Under the pieces are notes generated by a model. The model ran no database searches. It was not told where the DNA came from and saw only the letters and a program-made list of their open reading frames with translations. A program made the translations under genes and the position numbers. DNA of 64,000 bases, from NCBI GenBank assembly GCA_046583315.1, contig JAYGCN010000288.1, positions 1 through 64,000 on the forward strand. Direction: 5' to 3'. Shown piece by piece: positions 10,153 through 20,431 of the stretch; the first letter of the stretch is position 1, and every line of letters begins with the position of its first letter. This DNA comes from Candidatus Hydrogenedentota bacterium (GTDB taxonomy: Bacteria > Hydrogenedentota > Hydrogenedentia > Hydrogenedentales > GCA-2746185).

Positions 10153-12354
10153 GTGACGTTGGACGAACACGGCAACGCGGTCAGGAAGCCATCGATGTTT
10201 GGTGATTACGACATAATAGAAACGGTAGGCCAGGGGGGCATGGGGATCGTTTACCGTGCCATGGACACCTCCCTCGCCCGGGAAGTCGCGCTCAAGGTTC
10301 TCAAAGACGATCTGCGCGCCCATAAATCGATAGCCGCTCGCTTCCAACGTGAGGCCGAGGCCTACGCCAGTCTGAACCACCCCAACATCGTGCACATCTA
10401 TTCGGTGGGTGCCGTGGGCAAGATTCCTTATATCGCGATGGAAATGATTCACGGGATGCCGCTGAGCATGCTGATGAAAAAAGAACGACGTCTACCTTGG
10501 AAGCGTTCTTTGAAGATCGGTATTCAGATTGCGGAGGCACTGAGCAGCGCGCACGCCGCGCAAATTATTCATCGGGATATCAAACCCGGGAACGTCTTGA
10601 TGACCGATGACGATCATGCTTTTGTTACCGATTTTGGCATCGCGAAAATATTGACCGCCGAAACGCAATTGACCCTGGAAGGATCGCGACTCGGTACGCC
10701 GCAATATATGTCGCCGGAGCGATGCCAGAATGCGGAAGTGACCGCTTCGAGCGATCTGTACTCGCTGGGGGTGCTCTTGTTTCAGATGATTTCGGGCCGA
10801 CTGCCTTACGAATCGAAAGACACCATTGAACTGATTCGGAAAATCGTGAAAGATCCGCCGCGTCGCTTGTCGGATGTATTGCCGGACATTCCCAGTGATG
10901 TTGAGCGACTGATCGCTTATTTGCTTGAAAAGAAACCGGAAGACAGACCTCTCAGTGCCGAAGAGTGGATCGAATTGTGTCAACGGGTGGTTGACGGAAA
11001 ACCGCTGATCGAAGATGATTCGGGTCACGAAGATTCACTCAAGAGTTTCAGAGAATCCATGCCTACGCCTACGCCGATTGCGATGGAAGCTGGCCCGCCG
11101 AGCATGCAATTTACCACACCGGCCTTCGTGCTTCGGGTCGAACGAATCTGGAAACGGTTGTCCGTGAATGTTCAAACGGGGGTTGTTTCGGCCCTTGTTG
11201 TTGTTCTTGGAGTACTCGCCGGTCTTTGGTATCAATGGATAACCGGGCCAGATATTGCGACGAATTTCGCGAAAACACTAACCGTAGAACCTGTCGACTG
11301 GTATCGCGGCGAAGATGTTGCGCGGTACAGTTTTGAAATGCCGGGCGTTACGCTCATCGAATTGAACAATCTTGAATGGTTGCCGCAACCGTTGGGTTGG
11401 CTTGACGCATCGACGAGTTTGGTAGCGTTTCAGGGGCGACCGGGATCTCCCTGGGATGGTCAACGTGGGCTGGTTCGCCTGAACCATTCGACATCACAAG
11501 CATCCTTTGTACTTACTGCCATGGCACTCAATGACATCCAGCTCGTAGCGAGCGATCCAGAAGCCGAAGAAGTTTACTTGAATCTGAAGACTCCGGAATA
11601 TCCGACCGGACTATGGTATACGACGCGTCTTTCGCAAGAGACAGGCCTGCCGGAACGGGAATCAATCTATTCACTGCTGGGTAAAACCGCCAACGAATCA
11701 TTCAGCGAGGTCACGCAAGTCTCTTTTTCGGGCGATCAAGTTGTCGTGACCGCGATGGATGCAACCACCCAACGATGGGGACTTTACCAGTTTGACACTG
11801 GTCGAACGGTCGGCGTATCTGTGTTCGAATCAAACACTCCTATTTTGCATCACGCGCTCAGCCGTGATGGGGGGGTGCTCGCCTACACGACGCAGGAATC
11901 CGCCGAGGGAATAACGCTCCATTCCATAAAACTTGACGAAGCCACACGCTCTGAAATCCGGCTTGCGGACGATCTGGCAGCCGTCGATTCTTTCGCGGTT
12001 CACCCCGGTCGTGCGGAAATCGCTATCGTTCGGCGGGGTGCCTCGGGAGAATCGGAAGTGGTTGTTTATGATGCGGGCACCGGGAGGGAACGCGTCTCAC
12101 TCGGAAGTGGCCTCGACGTACGGTGGCATGCCGATGAAGACGCAGTCATCATGCTTCGCCCGGATCGCAAAGGGGTCAATCAGGCGTGGGTCGTAGATCT
12201 GGACGCGTCGACTCCGCCGAAACAGATTACTTTTCTTGAAGATGGGGTATCCGATTTGGGCGCGCAATCAGAGGATTCAAAGCGACTGCTCGCGATCGGC
12301 AATTCAATCGCACGACCGTCGCTGATTGATATCGAATTCGAAAAACTGCGGTAG
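10153..12354 (+). CDS. Membrane Ser/Thr kinase with C-terminal TolB-like beta-propeller (paralog of the upstream gene)
   Basis: GQGGMGIVY, VALK, HRDIKPGN, DFG, GTPQYMSPE; one TM (GVVSALVVVLGVLAGLWY); SRDG/HPG repeats. Confidence 0.93.
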   Translation: MTLDEHGNAVRKPSMFGDYDIIETVGQGGMGIVYRAMDTSLAREVALKVLKDDLRAHKSIAARFQREAEAYASLNHPNIVHIYSVGAVGKIPYIAMEMIHGMPLSMLMKKERRLPWKRSLKIGIQIAEALSSAHAAQIIHRDIKPGNVLMTDDDHAFVTDFGIAKILTAETQLTLEGSRLGTPQYMSPERCQNAEVTASSDLYSLGVLLFQMISGRLPYESKDTIELIRKIVKDPPRRLSDVLPDIPSDVERLIAYLLEKKPEDRPLSAEEWIELCQRVVDGKPLIEDDSGHEDSLKSFRESMPTPTPIAMEAGPPSMQFTTPAFVLRVERIWKRLSVNVQTGVVSALVVVLGVLAGLWYQWITGPDIATNFAKTLTVEPVDWYRGEDVARYSFEMPGVTLIELNNLEWLPQPLGWLDASTSLVAFQGRPGSPWDGQRGLVRLNHSTSQASFVLTAMALNDIQLVASDPEAEEVYLNLKTPEYPTGLWYTTRLSQETGLPERESIYSLLGKTANESFSEVTQVSFSGDQVVVTAMDATTQRWGLYQFDTGRTVGVSVFESNTPILHHALSRDGGVLAYTTQESAEGITLHSIKLDEATRSEIRLADDLAAVDSFAVHPGRAEIAIVRRGASGESEVVVYDAGTGRERVSLGSGLDVRWHADEDAVIMLRPDRKGVNQAWVVDLDASTPPKQITFLEDGVSDLGAQSEDSKRLLAIGNSIARPSLIDIEFEKLR

Positions 12355-12373
12355 CGTTTCGCGAAACTCGTGT

Positions 12374-13114
12374 TCAGGATGCCTGTTTCTTGAGTAGTCT
12401 GCCGAGATTACGCGGATTATCCTGCCAAGCCACCGCTCGTGCGAAATCGGGATAGGCACGTTCGATTTTCGTGAATACCTTCGAATGAATGACCCGACGC
12501 CCCGAGGGAAGTGTTTCAACGCCGAGGTGCGCGTGCAGCATTTCGTGAAACACGATGTATTTGATGAAGAATTCCGGCACCGTGTCCCGGTCAAGGTAGG
12601 GGTGTATACGAATCAGATGATCTTCCGGGGAATAACTTCCTAAACGAATGGAGTAGCGACGCCGATGCGATCGCGTTGGCGCTTTTCCCCAGGTAATCGG
12701 CACGTCAAGCGCATCGTCGAAATGTTCACAATTGACTTCATCGTACAAACGGGAAAGATCGAAAACGTCGCCTTGACTCCGCAGGCGAACCCGGTTCTTC
12801 GGTTTTGCTGCGTCCACCAGATACCGATGCTGGTCAATAAAAATATCAATGGTACGCGCCGAGCGTTTACAACGACCTCGCTTCAGCCAGAGTCCCAGAG
12901 CGGAAATGACTTCCGGTCCAGCGGCCAGAAACATGCGATGCAGTCGTAACGTCGCCGAATTTGTGGGGCCGGGGAGAAACGAGAGCATGCTGGATCGGTT
13001 TTCGGTGATGACCAGCGTGATGCGCATGCCGGTTTGAGCCTCCAAGGCATCGCGTAGATAGCCTTCATCCGAAATTGGAAACTCCAACTGCATACTGCTT
13101 TCCCCCCTTGCCAT
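12374..13114 (-). CDS. SprT-like / YgjP(M48)-like zinc metalloprotein
   Basis: RLGSY...IRIHPYLD...YIVFHEMLH (HExxH) with a downstream H (VIHS). Confidence 0.8.
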   Translation of the reverse strand: MARGESSMQLEFPISDEGYLRDALEAQTGMRITLVITENRSSMLSFLPGPTNSATLRLHRMFLAAGPEVISALGLWLKRGRCKRSARTIDIFIDQHRYLVDAAKPKNRVRLRSQGDVFDLSRLYDEVNCEHFDDALDVPITWGKAPTRSHRRRYSIRLGSYSPEDHLIRIHPYLDRDTVPEFFIKYIVFHEMLHAHLGVETLPSGRRVIHSKVFTKIERAYPDFARAVAWQDNPRNLGRLLKKQAS

Positions 13115-13158
13115 AGGCTACCGATTAACTTGCCTTATGTCAATGGATGGCCCCGGTT

Positions 13159-13187
13159 TTCAATCCCCCGGTGCCAGTTGCTATACT
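13159..13187 (+). promoter_or_regulatory. Probable sigma70 promoter of the epimerase-aminotransferase operon
   Basis: TTCAAT, 17 bp spacer, TATACT with extended TG. Confidence 0.45.
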
Positions 13188-13224
13188 CTTCGCACGTGTC
13201 ATGCGGCGGAATCAGGAGAAGAAA

Positions 13225-15402
13225 ATGCGCGTTGTTGTAACTGGAGGCGGGGGCTATCTTGGAACCTGGATCACGGCAATCTTGCTGGAAAAAGGGCATT
13301 CGGTGCGTAATTTTGATCGATTCTGCTTCGGTCAGAAGCCGATTCAGGAGTTTATCGATCACCCGAATTACGAATCTATCGTCGGAGATATCCGGAATTT
13401 TGGGGATCATCCTGACCTGTTGACCGATGTCGATGCGATCGTGCATCTCGCGGGACTAGCCAATGATCCGTCCTGCGACCTCGATCCGGAAATGACGGTC
13501 GATGTGAATATTGATGCTTCTCTGGAACTGGTGAATCTCGCGGTGCGAAAAGGGGTGCGACGTTTTGCCTTCGCATCCTCGTGTTCGGTGTACGGCCAGG
13601 GCGTGCACGAATTCCTCGATGAGGAAAGTCCGACCAATCCGGTTTCCGCTTATGCCGTCAGTAAGATCGAGGTGGAAAAAGTCGTGCTGGGCTTGAAGAG
13701 TGACACCTTCGAACCCGTAGCAGCCCGCATGGCCACGCTCTTCGGTTGGTCGCGGCGTATGCGTTTTGATCTCGCTGTGAATCAGATGACCGCGACCGCA
13801 GTGACAACCGAAAAAATTAAAGTGATGGGGGGCGGCGCGCAATGGCGTCCTTTCGTGCACGTACGTGATGCCGCGCGGGCCTTTGTCATGATGCTCGAAG
13901 CACCCGCCGAGAAAATTTCCGGTGAAGCGTTTAATGTTGGTGGCGACGATCAGAATGTGCAGATACTTGCACTCGCGGAACAGGTTGCCGAGGTGTTGGG
14001 CGGCATAGAGCTCGAAGTGCAACGTGAGGATGATGATCGACGGACATATCGGGTGGTGTTCGGCAAGATTAAAGATGTACTGGGGTATGAACCCGAGACC
14101 TCGATCGAAGACGCGATCCGGGAAATTGAAGCGGACATCAAAGAAAAGGGTTACGATCCTTTCGACGAACAATTTTTTAACGTGCGACGCATGCAGGCGC
14201 TGCTGAAGACCCCAGTGGAAGATGGGGGAGAACCCGTCGCGCCTCGATTCATCCCGCTGGCGAAACCCATTTGGGATGAGGCTGAAGAGGCCGCTGTCAT
14301 AGAGACCATGCGCAGTGGCTGGGTAACTTCGGGACCGCATATCGGTGCCTTTGAAGAAACTTTTGCCGAAAAAGTGGGGGCCGACCACGCGGTGGCGACC
14401 TCATCCTGCACCAGCGCCATACATTTGATTCTCGCGCATCTCGGGGTCTCAACAGGCGACGAAGTTATTATCCCGCCACTCACTTGGGCCTCCATCGGGA
14501 ACATCATCATCAACATGGGCGCGAAACCCGTGTTCGCGGATATCGATTTGGATACCTTGTGCATGGACCCGGCCTCTTTCGAATCAGTCATCACCGAAAA
14601 GACCAAAGCGGTTATCCCTGTGCACATGGCGGGCCGCGCTTGTGATCTTGATGGAATCTATAAGATCGCGAAGGAGCACAACGTATCTGTCATCGAAGAC
14701 GCGGCGCATGCGCTCGGTACGCAATACCAGGGACGACCTATCGGCAGCGAGGCGGATTTCGCGTGTTTCAGCTTTTACGCCATCAAAAATATTACGACCA
14801 TCGAAGGCGGCGCGATCACCTGTCGCGATGAGCAGACCGCGAACCATTTGCGGCGACTCGCGGGCAGCGGAATGGGCGCGAACGCCTGGGAACGCTATGG
14901 ACGCAGTGCGGTGCCGTCGCCGCCGGAAGTGGTTGAACCTGGATTCAAATATGGCATGGGCAATCTTAGCGCGGCCATCGGACTCAAACAATTGGATAAG
15001 TGGCCCGAATTTCACAAGCGTCGTCTTCGTCTCGCGACGATGTATCGCAATGCCTTGGATGATATCGAGGAAGTAAGTCTGCAATCGGTCGGTGACCCAG
15101 CGGAACATGCCTGGCACTTGATGATTATACGGCTGGACCTGGATAAATTGACCAAGAATCGCGATGAAATCGCATATGCATTACGTCAGGAGAACGTCGG
15201 CACGGGTTTTCATTTTTATGGACTACATCTGCATGAATATTACCGTGAGACGTTGGGCTGCAAACCTGAAGACGCGCCCAACGCGACGGTGGCATCCCAT
15301 ACCGTCCTCTCGCTCCCGCTCAATCCTGGCATGACCGACAAGAATGTTGTTGAAGTGATCGACGCGCTCAAGAAAGTGCTGGAGCACGCCCGGAAGGGCT
15401 AA
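13225..15402 (+). CDS. Bifunctional NAD-dependent nucleotide-sugar epimerase/dehydratase fused to a DegT/DnrJ/EryC1/StrS PLP aminotransferase
   Basis: TGGGGYLG, SSCSVYG, YAVSK and WRPFVHV, then EDAAHALG and SFYAIKNITT (PLP Lys); AGGAG RBS before ATG 13225. Confidence 0.92.
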   Translation: MRVVVTGGGGYLGTWITAILLEKGHSVRNFDRFCFGQKPIQEFIDHPNYESIVGDIRNFGDHPDLLTDVDAIVHLAGLANDPSCDLDPEMTVDVNIDASLELVNLAVRKGVRRFAFASSCSVYGQGVHEFLDEESPTNPVSAYAVSKIEVEKVVLGLKSDTFEPVAARMATLFGWSRRMRFDLAVNQMTATAVTTEKIKVMGGGAQWRPFVHVRDAARAFVMMLEAPAEKISGEAFNVGGDDQNVQILALAEQVAEVLGGIELEVQREDDDRRTYRVVFGKIKDVLGYEPETSIEDAIREIEADIKEKGYDPFDEQFFNVRRMQALLKTPVEDGGEPVAPRFIPLAKPIWDEAEEAAVIETMRSGWVTSGPHIGAFEETFAEKVGADHAVATSSCTSAIHLILAHLGVSTGDEVIIPPLTWASIGNIIINMGAKPVFADIDLDTLCMDPASFESVITEKTKAVIPVHMAGRACDLDGIYKIAKEHNVSVIEDAAHALGTQYQGRPIGSEADFACFSFYAIKNITTIEGGAITCRDEQTANHLRRLAGSGMGANAWERYGRSAVPSPPEVVEPGFKYGMGNLSAAIGLKQLDKWPEFHKRRLRLATMYRNALDDIEEVSLQSVGDPAEHAWHLMIIRLDLDKLTKNRDEIAYALRQENVGTGFHFYGLHLHEYYRETLGCKPEDAPNATVASHTVLSLPLNPGMTDKNVVEVIDALKKVLEHARKG

Positions 15403-15407
15403 GTTCT

Positions 15408-15458
15408 CTTCTTTTTCTTTTCGGGTGAAAAGAAAAAGAAGCAAAAAGAAAATCCGAT
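15408..15458 (+). repeat. Pyrimidine/purine hairpin plus mirror repeat (potential intrastrand triplex), copy 1
   Basis: CTTCTTTTTCTTTTC-GGGT-GAAAAGAAAAAGAAG-C-AAAAAGAAAA-TCCGAT: perfect 15 bp stem and 10 nt purine mirror. Confidence 0.85.
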
Positions 15459-15821
15459 ATGGAACAAGCGACGCTAATTTATGATAAGGAATGTCCGTTG
15501 TGCAGGCGCGCGGCAACGTGGGCGTTGGAACGGACCCGTGATGACCTATTGCGAGTAATGTCGTGTCAATCGGAGGAGCGCATGCTCGCGTTTCCGGATA
15601 TGGAGCAGGAGGTCTGTGAGTCCGCGCCGCAGTTGGTGTTGGCGGATGGAAGGGTCTTCGCGGGCGATGCGTTGATTCCTCCGTTGCTGGATCGCTTGAA
15701 GGGTTGGCACCTCGTCGGAGCGATTCTGTGCCTGCCGGTGGTGAATCTGATGGCGCCGTTCGCGTATCGTACACTCGCGCGGAATCGCAAGACCTTGTCC
15801 GTGTTGATTTATCAAAAGTGA
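15459..15821 (+). CDS. DCC1-like thiol-disulfide oxidoreductase (DUF393)
   Basis: N-terminal IYDKECPLC and C-terminal AYRTLARNR motifs. Confidence 0.88.
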   Translation: MEQATLIYDKECPLCRRAATWALERTRDDLLRVMSCQSEERMLAFPDMEQEVCESAPQLVLADGRVFAGDALIPPLLDRLKGWHLVGAILCLPVVNLMAPFAYRTLARNRKTLSVLIYQK

Positions 15822-15836
15822 CGGCGGGAAACTAAC

Positions 15837-16349
15837 ATGTGTGATTCAGAAAAAGTAATGCTTCCAAATTCGGACTGGTGTTTTGTGTGTGGCGAGGAAA
15901 ACGAGGCGGGGTTGCGAACCCGATTTTATGTGGAGGATGGTTTCGTGAAGGCGCGACTGCGACCCCAAGCGCATCACTGCGGATACAAGGGCGTGATTCA
16001 TGGTGGTATCGTCGCTTCGATTCTGGATGAGACGATGGGCTGGGCTGCGAATCACGCGCTCGGGCGCATGTGTGTCACTGGAGAAATGACGGTGCGCTAC
16101 ATCGAGAACGCGCCGGACGATCGCGATCTCATCTGCATAACAGGTGTCGAGAAGTCGAACAAACGAATCGTTTATACCTTCGGAGAGCTGGTTGACGACG
16201 AAGGCAACAAATACGCCTCCGCCACCGCGAAATTTACGCCGTTGACCGATGAGAAGACGGTCGAAATTGACGACATGCTGAACTATCGCGGTGACGAGTT
16301 ACGGTTGTTCGATGATCTGCGCAACAAGATCGAGAAGTCCGAGGACTAG
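15837..16349 (+). CDS. PaaI-family hotdog thioesterase
   Basis: CFVCGEENEAGL and HGGIVASILDE motifs. Confidence 0.9.
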   Translation: MCDSEKVMLPNSDWCFVCGEENEAGLRTRFYVEDGFVKARLRPQAHHCGYKGVIHGGIVASILDETMGWAANHALGRMCVTGEMTVRYIENAPDDRDLICITGVEKSNKRIVYTFGELVDDEGNKYASATAKFTPLTDEKTVEIDDMLNYRGDELRLFDDLRNKIEKSED

Positions 16350-17128
16350 TTCTTGGGAGGCTCCACCAATTCGATGCTCACGCCGTCGGGGCCTTCGATG
16401 AACGCGATTTTGATGTTCCTGTAGGGACGCGGCTCCAGCGTAAACTTCACGCCTTTGGCTTTCAATTCTTTCGCGGCGGCATCAAGGTCGGGAAAATTCC
16501 AGCCCAGGTGATCCATGGCGCGACCCTTCGTCGGTGCGAGTTCCTTCTTGCTGCCCTGAACGATGAGCCAGACCTGACCGTATTTCAGCGCCGGGAGTGC
16601 GCCTTTGAATTTGGCACGTTCACCGCCAAAGGCTGCTTCATACCAGTCGAGCGTCGCATTGGCATCGGCGGAGTGTACGTGAATGTGGTGCAGGCCGCGC
16701 GTGTCAGGGTCATCGATGATTTCGATTTTCGTGCCCCAGGGATCTTCGACGAAGGCAAGGTCCATGCCGCCGAAGTTACGCGGTTCACCCAGCATCTTCG
16801 CGCCGTCCGCTACGAGTGACTTTGCTTTTTCGGCGATGTTCGGCATTGAGAAACCGATATGGTCCACGCCGGAACCGACACTGCCGGGGAAGCCAGCGTC
16901 TTTCTTGAAGATGACGATGGGAATGCCGCTGATGACTGCGCGATCAATCTTCACGCCTTCGCCAGTCGCGCCGCCGAAACCTTCAGCGGTTCCGTCGAAG
17001 TTTCGGGCGTACCACTCCGCAGCCGCCTGTTGATCGGTCGCGGTGATGTGGAGATGTCCGTAATCTGCAGCGAGAGCAGAAAGGGACAACGTAAACGCAA
17101 TGGCAAAGGTGATAGCGATTCGGTACAT
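16346..17128 (-). CDS. Secreted tandem VOC (glyoxalase-like) protein
   Basis: Signal peptide MYRIAITFAIAFTLSLSALA; DHIGF...EDPWGTKIE and DHLGW...EGPDGVSIE repeats; AAGGAG RBS. Confidence 0.85.
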   Translation of the reverse strand: MYRIAITFAIAFTLSLSALAADYGHLHITATDQQAAAEWYARNFDGTAEGFGGATGEGVKIDRAVISGIPIVIFKKDAGFPGSVGSGVDHIGFSMPNIAEKAKSLVADGAKMLGEPRNFGGMDLAFVEDPWGTKIEIIDDPDTRGLHHIHVHSADANATLDWYEAAFGGERAKFKGALPALKYGQVWLIVQGSKKELAPTKGRAMDHLGWNFPDLDAAAKELKAKGVKFTLEPRPYRNIKIAFIEGPDGVSIELVEPPKN

Positions 17129-17227
17129 GAGTCTCTCCTTGGTCGATAATGAATAAGGGAGCATTATGACCAACGACGCAACCCGATGCAACAACGCGCT
17201 CGACCTATAGGAGAGTACACAAGGGAG

Positions 17228-19753
17228 CTACTTTATGACGAGATTGACCATTCGGCCTGGTATGACTATCTCTTTGACGATGGTTTTACCTTCGAGATGC
17301 GGCGCGATCTTTTCGTCGGCCTTTGCTGCTGCGGCCATCGTATCCTGATCGGCATCGGCGGCAACGCTCACGCGACTGCGGACCTTGCCGTTGATCTGCA
17401 CAGGGATTTCGATGGTGTCTTCGGTTAGCAGCGACTCGTCAAAGGCTGGCCACGGTGCGTAGGCAAGCGTGTCGTCGTGTCCCAGCAGGTTCCAGATTTC
17501 CTCGCCGAGGTGGGGTGCGAAGGGTGCAACCAGTAATATGAAGGCATCGGCTGTCACGCGATCCATCACGTCTTCCTTCGTCGCGGCGTTCACGAATTCC
17601 ATCATGCGCGCGATGGCCGTGTTGAAGAGCAGGTTCTCGATGTCGTGCGTGACGGCCTTGATGGTCTTGTGCAACACTTTGGTCAACTCTTCGGAAGAAC
17701 CAGTGTCCTGAATGCGAGGCTGAAGTGTTCCGTCGTCGGCAATGAACAGGCTCCAGACGCGTTTCAGGAATCGGTACACGCCGTGTACGCCTTCATCGGT
17801 CCAGGGTTTGTCGCGATCGAGCGGACCCATAAACATTTCGTAGAGCCGCATGGAGTCCGCACCGTATTTGCCCACGACTTCGTCCGGATTCACGACGTTG
17901 TAGCGTGACTTGGACATTTTTTCGAGCTGGGTGGCGACGGGTTTGTCCCCGTCTTTGGTCATCCACTGCTTACCATCCAGATCGACCTCATGAGGGTAAT
18001 AGTATTTTCCATTCTCATCCTTGAACGAGTTGGCGAGAACCATGCCCTGATTAAACAGTTTCTGGAAGGGTTCTTTGGTGGAAACGTGTCCGGCATCGTA
18101 AAGCACCTTGTGCCAGAAGCGGGAATAGAGCAGATGCAATACGGCATGTTCCGCGCCGCCGATGTAGAGGTCGACCGGCATCCAGTATTCTTCGGCTTCT
18201 TTGGACCAGGCCGCGTCGTCGTTTGTGGGATCGCAGAAGCGCAGGAAGTACCAGCACGATCCGGCCCATTGCGGCATGGTATTCGTGTCGCGTGTGGCGG
18301 GCTGTCCCGTTTCGGAGTCCGTCGTGTTCAGCCATTCGGTCGCGCGGGCCAGGGGAGGCTGACCGTCATCGGTGGGTTTGTATTCTTCCATTTCAGGCAA
18401 CAGAACCGGCAAGTCTTTAGTGGGCACAGCTTTGATGGTACCGTCTTCCAACTCGATCAATGGGAAGGGTTCACCCCAATACCGTTGCCGCGCGAATAAC
18501 CAGTCGCGGAGTTTATAGTTGATGGTGCCTTCGCCCACGCCTTGTTCTTCGAGCCAGGCATTGATCTTTGTTTTGGCTGACGGCACGTCAAGCCCGTTCA
18601 GGAAATCAGAATTGACCAGATTACCATTGCCAGTAAATGCTTCCTGGGAAATGTCGCCGCCGGAGATGACCTCAACGATGGGAATCTCAAATTTCTGTGC
18701 GAATTCGTAATCGCGTCCGTCGTGTCCCGGCACGGCCATGATGGCACCGTAACCGTATTCTGCGAGCACATAGTCAGCAATCCAAATCGGAACCGCTTCA
18801 CCGTTCACGGGATTCGTCGCGTAAGCACCGGTAAATACGCCGGTTTTGCTCTTGTCGTCGCGCATGCGATCTTGCGCACTGCGTTTGGACGAAGCATCGA
18901 CGTAGGCATCGACCGCCGCGCGTTGATCGTCGGTCGTGATCTCCGCGACCAACGAATGTTCCGGTGCCAGCACACAATAGGTCGCGCCGAAGAGGGTGTC
19001 AGGACGTGTGGTGAAAACGGTGAATTCGAAATTGGAATCGGCGACTTTGAAAGTAACGTCGGCACCTTCGCTGCGACCAATCCAGTCGCGCTGCATGGCT
19101 TTGATGCCTTCGGGCCAATCGAGGTCATCGAGATCGTGTAGCAGACGTTCCGCATATTCGGTGATCTTTAGCATCCATTGCTTCATGGGCCGTTTTTCGA
19201 CCGGATCGCCGGTTTCGACGTATTTACCGTCTTTGACTTCCTCATTGGCGAGTACGGTGCCGAGCGCGGGACAGAAGTTCACAGCCACTTCGGATTGATA
19301 GGCCAAGCCGCGTTCGTGCAACACGTTGAAGATCCATTGGGTCCACTTTACGTACTTCGGGTCGGTCGTGTTGATTTCACGGTCCCAGTCGTAGGAAAGT
19401 CCGAGCTCCTGAATCTGACGTCGGAAGGTATCGCAGTTTTTGTTGGTGATGATGGCGGGATGTTCGCCCGTGCGCATCGCGTGGCGTTCGGCGGGTAGTC
19501 CAAAGGCGTCCCAACCCATCGGGTGCAACACGTTGAAGTCGTTCATGCGTTTGTAACGCGAGACGATATCGGTAGCGGTGTAGCCCTCAGGATGTCCGGC
19601 ATGCAGTCCATCGCCGCTGGGATAGGGAAACATGTCGAGCACATAATATTTGGGTTTATCGTGATCAATTTCCGACTTGAAGGTCTTGTTCTCAAGCCAG
19701 AAATCCTGCCACTTCTTCTCGATTTGTTTGGGGTCGTATCCGCCCGAACTCAT
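17228..19753 (-). CDS. leuS: Leucyl-tRNA synthetase
   Basis: MFPYPSG-LHAGH (HIGH), [29 protein letters not shown] and KMSKS motifs. Confidence 0.98.
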   Translation of the reverse strand: MSSGGYDPKQIEKKWQDFWLENKTFKSEIDHDKPKYYVLDMFPYPSGDGLHAGHPEGYTATDIVSRYKRMNDFNVLHPMGWDAFGLPAERHAMRTGEHPAIITNKNCDTFRRQIQELGLSYDWDREINTTDPKYVKWTQWIFNVLHERGLAYQSEVAVNFCPALGTVLANEEVKDGKYVETGDPVEKRPMKQWMLKITEYAERLLHDLDDLDWPEGIKAMQRDWIGRSEGADVTFKVADSNFEFTVFTTRPDTLFGATYCVLAPEHSLVAEITTDDQRAAVDAYVDASSKRSAQDRMRDDKSKTGVFTGAYATNPVNGEAVPIWIADYVLAEYGYGAIMAVPGHDGRDYEFAQKFEIPIVEVISGGDISQEAFTGNGNLVNSDFLNGLDVPSAKTKINAWLEEQGVGEGTINYKLRDWLFARQRYWGEPFPLIELEDGTIKAVPTKDLPVLLPEMEEYKPTDDGQPPLARATEWLNTTDSETGQPATRDTNTMPQWAGSCWYFLRFCDPTNDDAAWSKEAEEYWMPVDLYIGGAEHAVLHLLYSRFWHKVLYDAGHVSTKEPFQKLFNQGMVLANSFKDENGKYYYPHEVDLDGKQWMTKDGDKPVATQLEKMSKSRYNVVNPDEVVGKYGADSMRLYEMFMGPLDRDKPWTDEGVHGVYRFLKRVWSLFIADDGTLQPRIQDTGSSEELTKVLHKTIKAVTHDIENLLFNTAIARMMEFVNAATKEDVMDRVTADAFILLVAPFAPHLGEEIWNLLGHDDTLAYAPWPAFDESLLTEDTIEIPVQINGKVRSRVSVAADADQDTMAAAAKADEKIAPHLEGKTIVKEIVIPGRMVNLVIK

Positions 19754-19851
19754 GATTATCGCTCCTGAAGCTACACGTAGGCAGCATTTAAGATGAATGG
19801 AAAGGCCGAACTATAGCACAAAAAGCGCGTTAGCCGCATCTGGAATTGTGT

Positions 19852-20397
19852 TTATTTGCCCGCGAGTTCGTCCGTAATTCTAGCAATGTTATCTTCCAAA
19901 GTATGCACACCTTCGAGACGGAGAACAGGGTATGTTAATTTGGAAATCCAGGCTTCATGTGTCGCACGGCTGCGTATCTCGGGTCCGCCGGCATCGTATT
20001 CTTCGGCCCATTTTAGAAACGCTGTGAATTATTTATGCATGGGATCGTTGGTGGACGTAATGTTAACACCGAAGCGCTCGATTTCGCGTTTCTTGAGGCG
20101 ATCGAGTCGTACCTGCGTTGCGACAGTGAGGAATACGACGATATCAAAGTCGGGCACAGCGAAATCACCCCATCCGCAAAGTGAGCCGGATAGGGTCCAC
20201 GAAATATTAGTTGCGAGGTCATTACGAAGTAGTGTCTGCCGTGCATCCACTTCACGAATTTTCACATAAGGCGGATCGGTTGGCAACCAGAAATAGTCGT
20301 CGACATCAAAGTGTGGACATTCTAACTGGTCGGAGAGGATTCGGGCCAGCGTGGTTGTTCCAGTGCCGGACGCCCCGAGAATGTGAATTCGTTTCAT
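19852..20397 (-). pseudogene. Adenylate-kinase-like P-loop protein interrupted by one in-frame TAA
   Basis: GASGTGTTT P-loop and DVDDYFW; past TAA 20029-20031 the frame continues FTAFLKWAEEYDAGGPEIRSRATHEAWISKLTYPVLRLEG...AGK* to 19852 (181 codons). Confidence 0.82.
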
Positions 20398-20431
20398 GGG
20401 AGCGATTGTATCGGGTCTCGTCGAAGAAAAT

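Noticed and set aside
15408..15452. Hairpin repeats as Rho-independent terminators
   Set aside because: The stem is AT-rich and has no U-tract 3' of it on either strand; copy 1 sits between co-oriented genes
19754..19851. T-box leader for leuS
   Set aside because: The gap is under 100 bp and has no T-box consensus or terminator
1556..20397. TAA stop-codon reassignment as the explanation for two in-frame TAAs
   Set aside because: Many intact genes here end in TAA (for example at 15402, 22709, 42819 and 48616), so TAA is a normal stop
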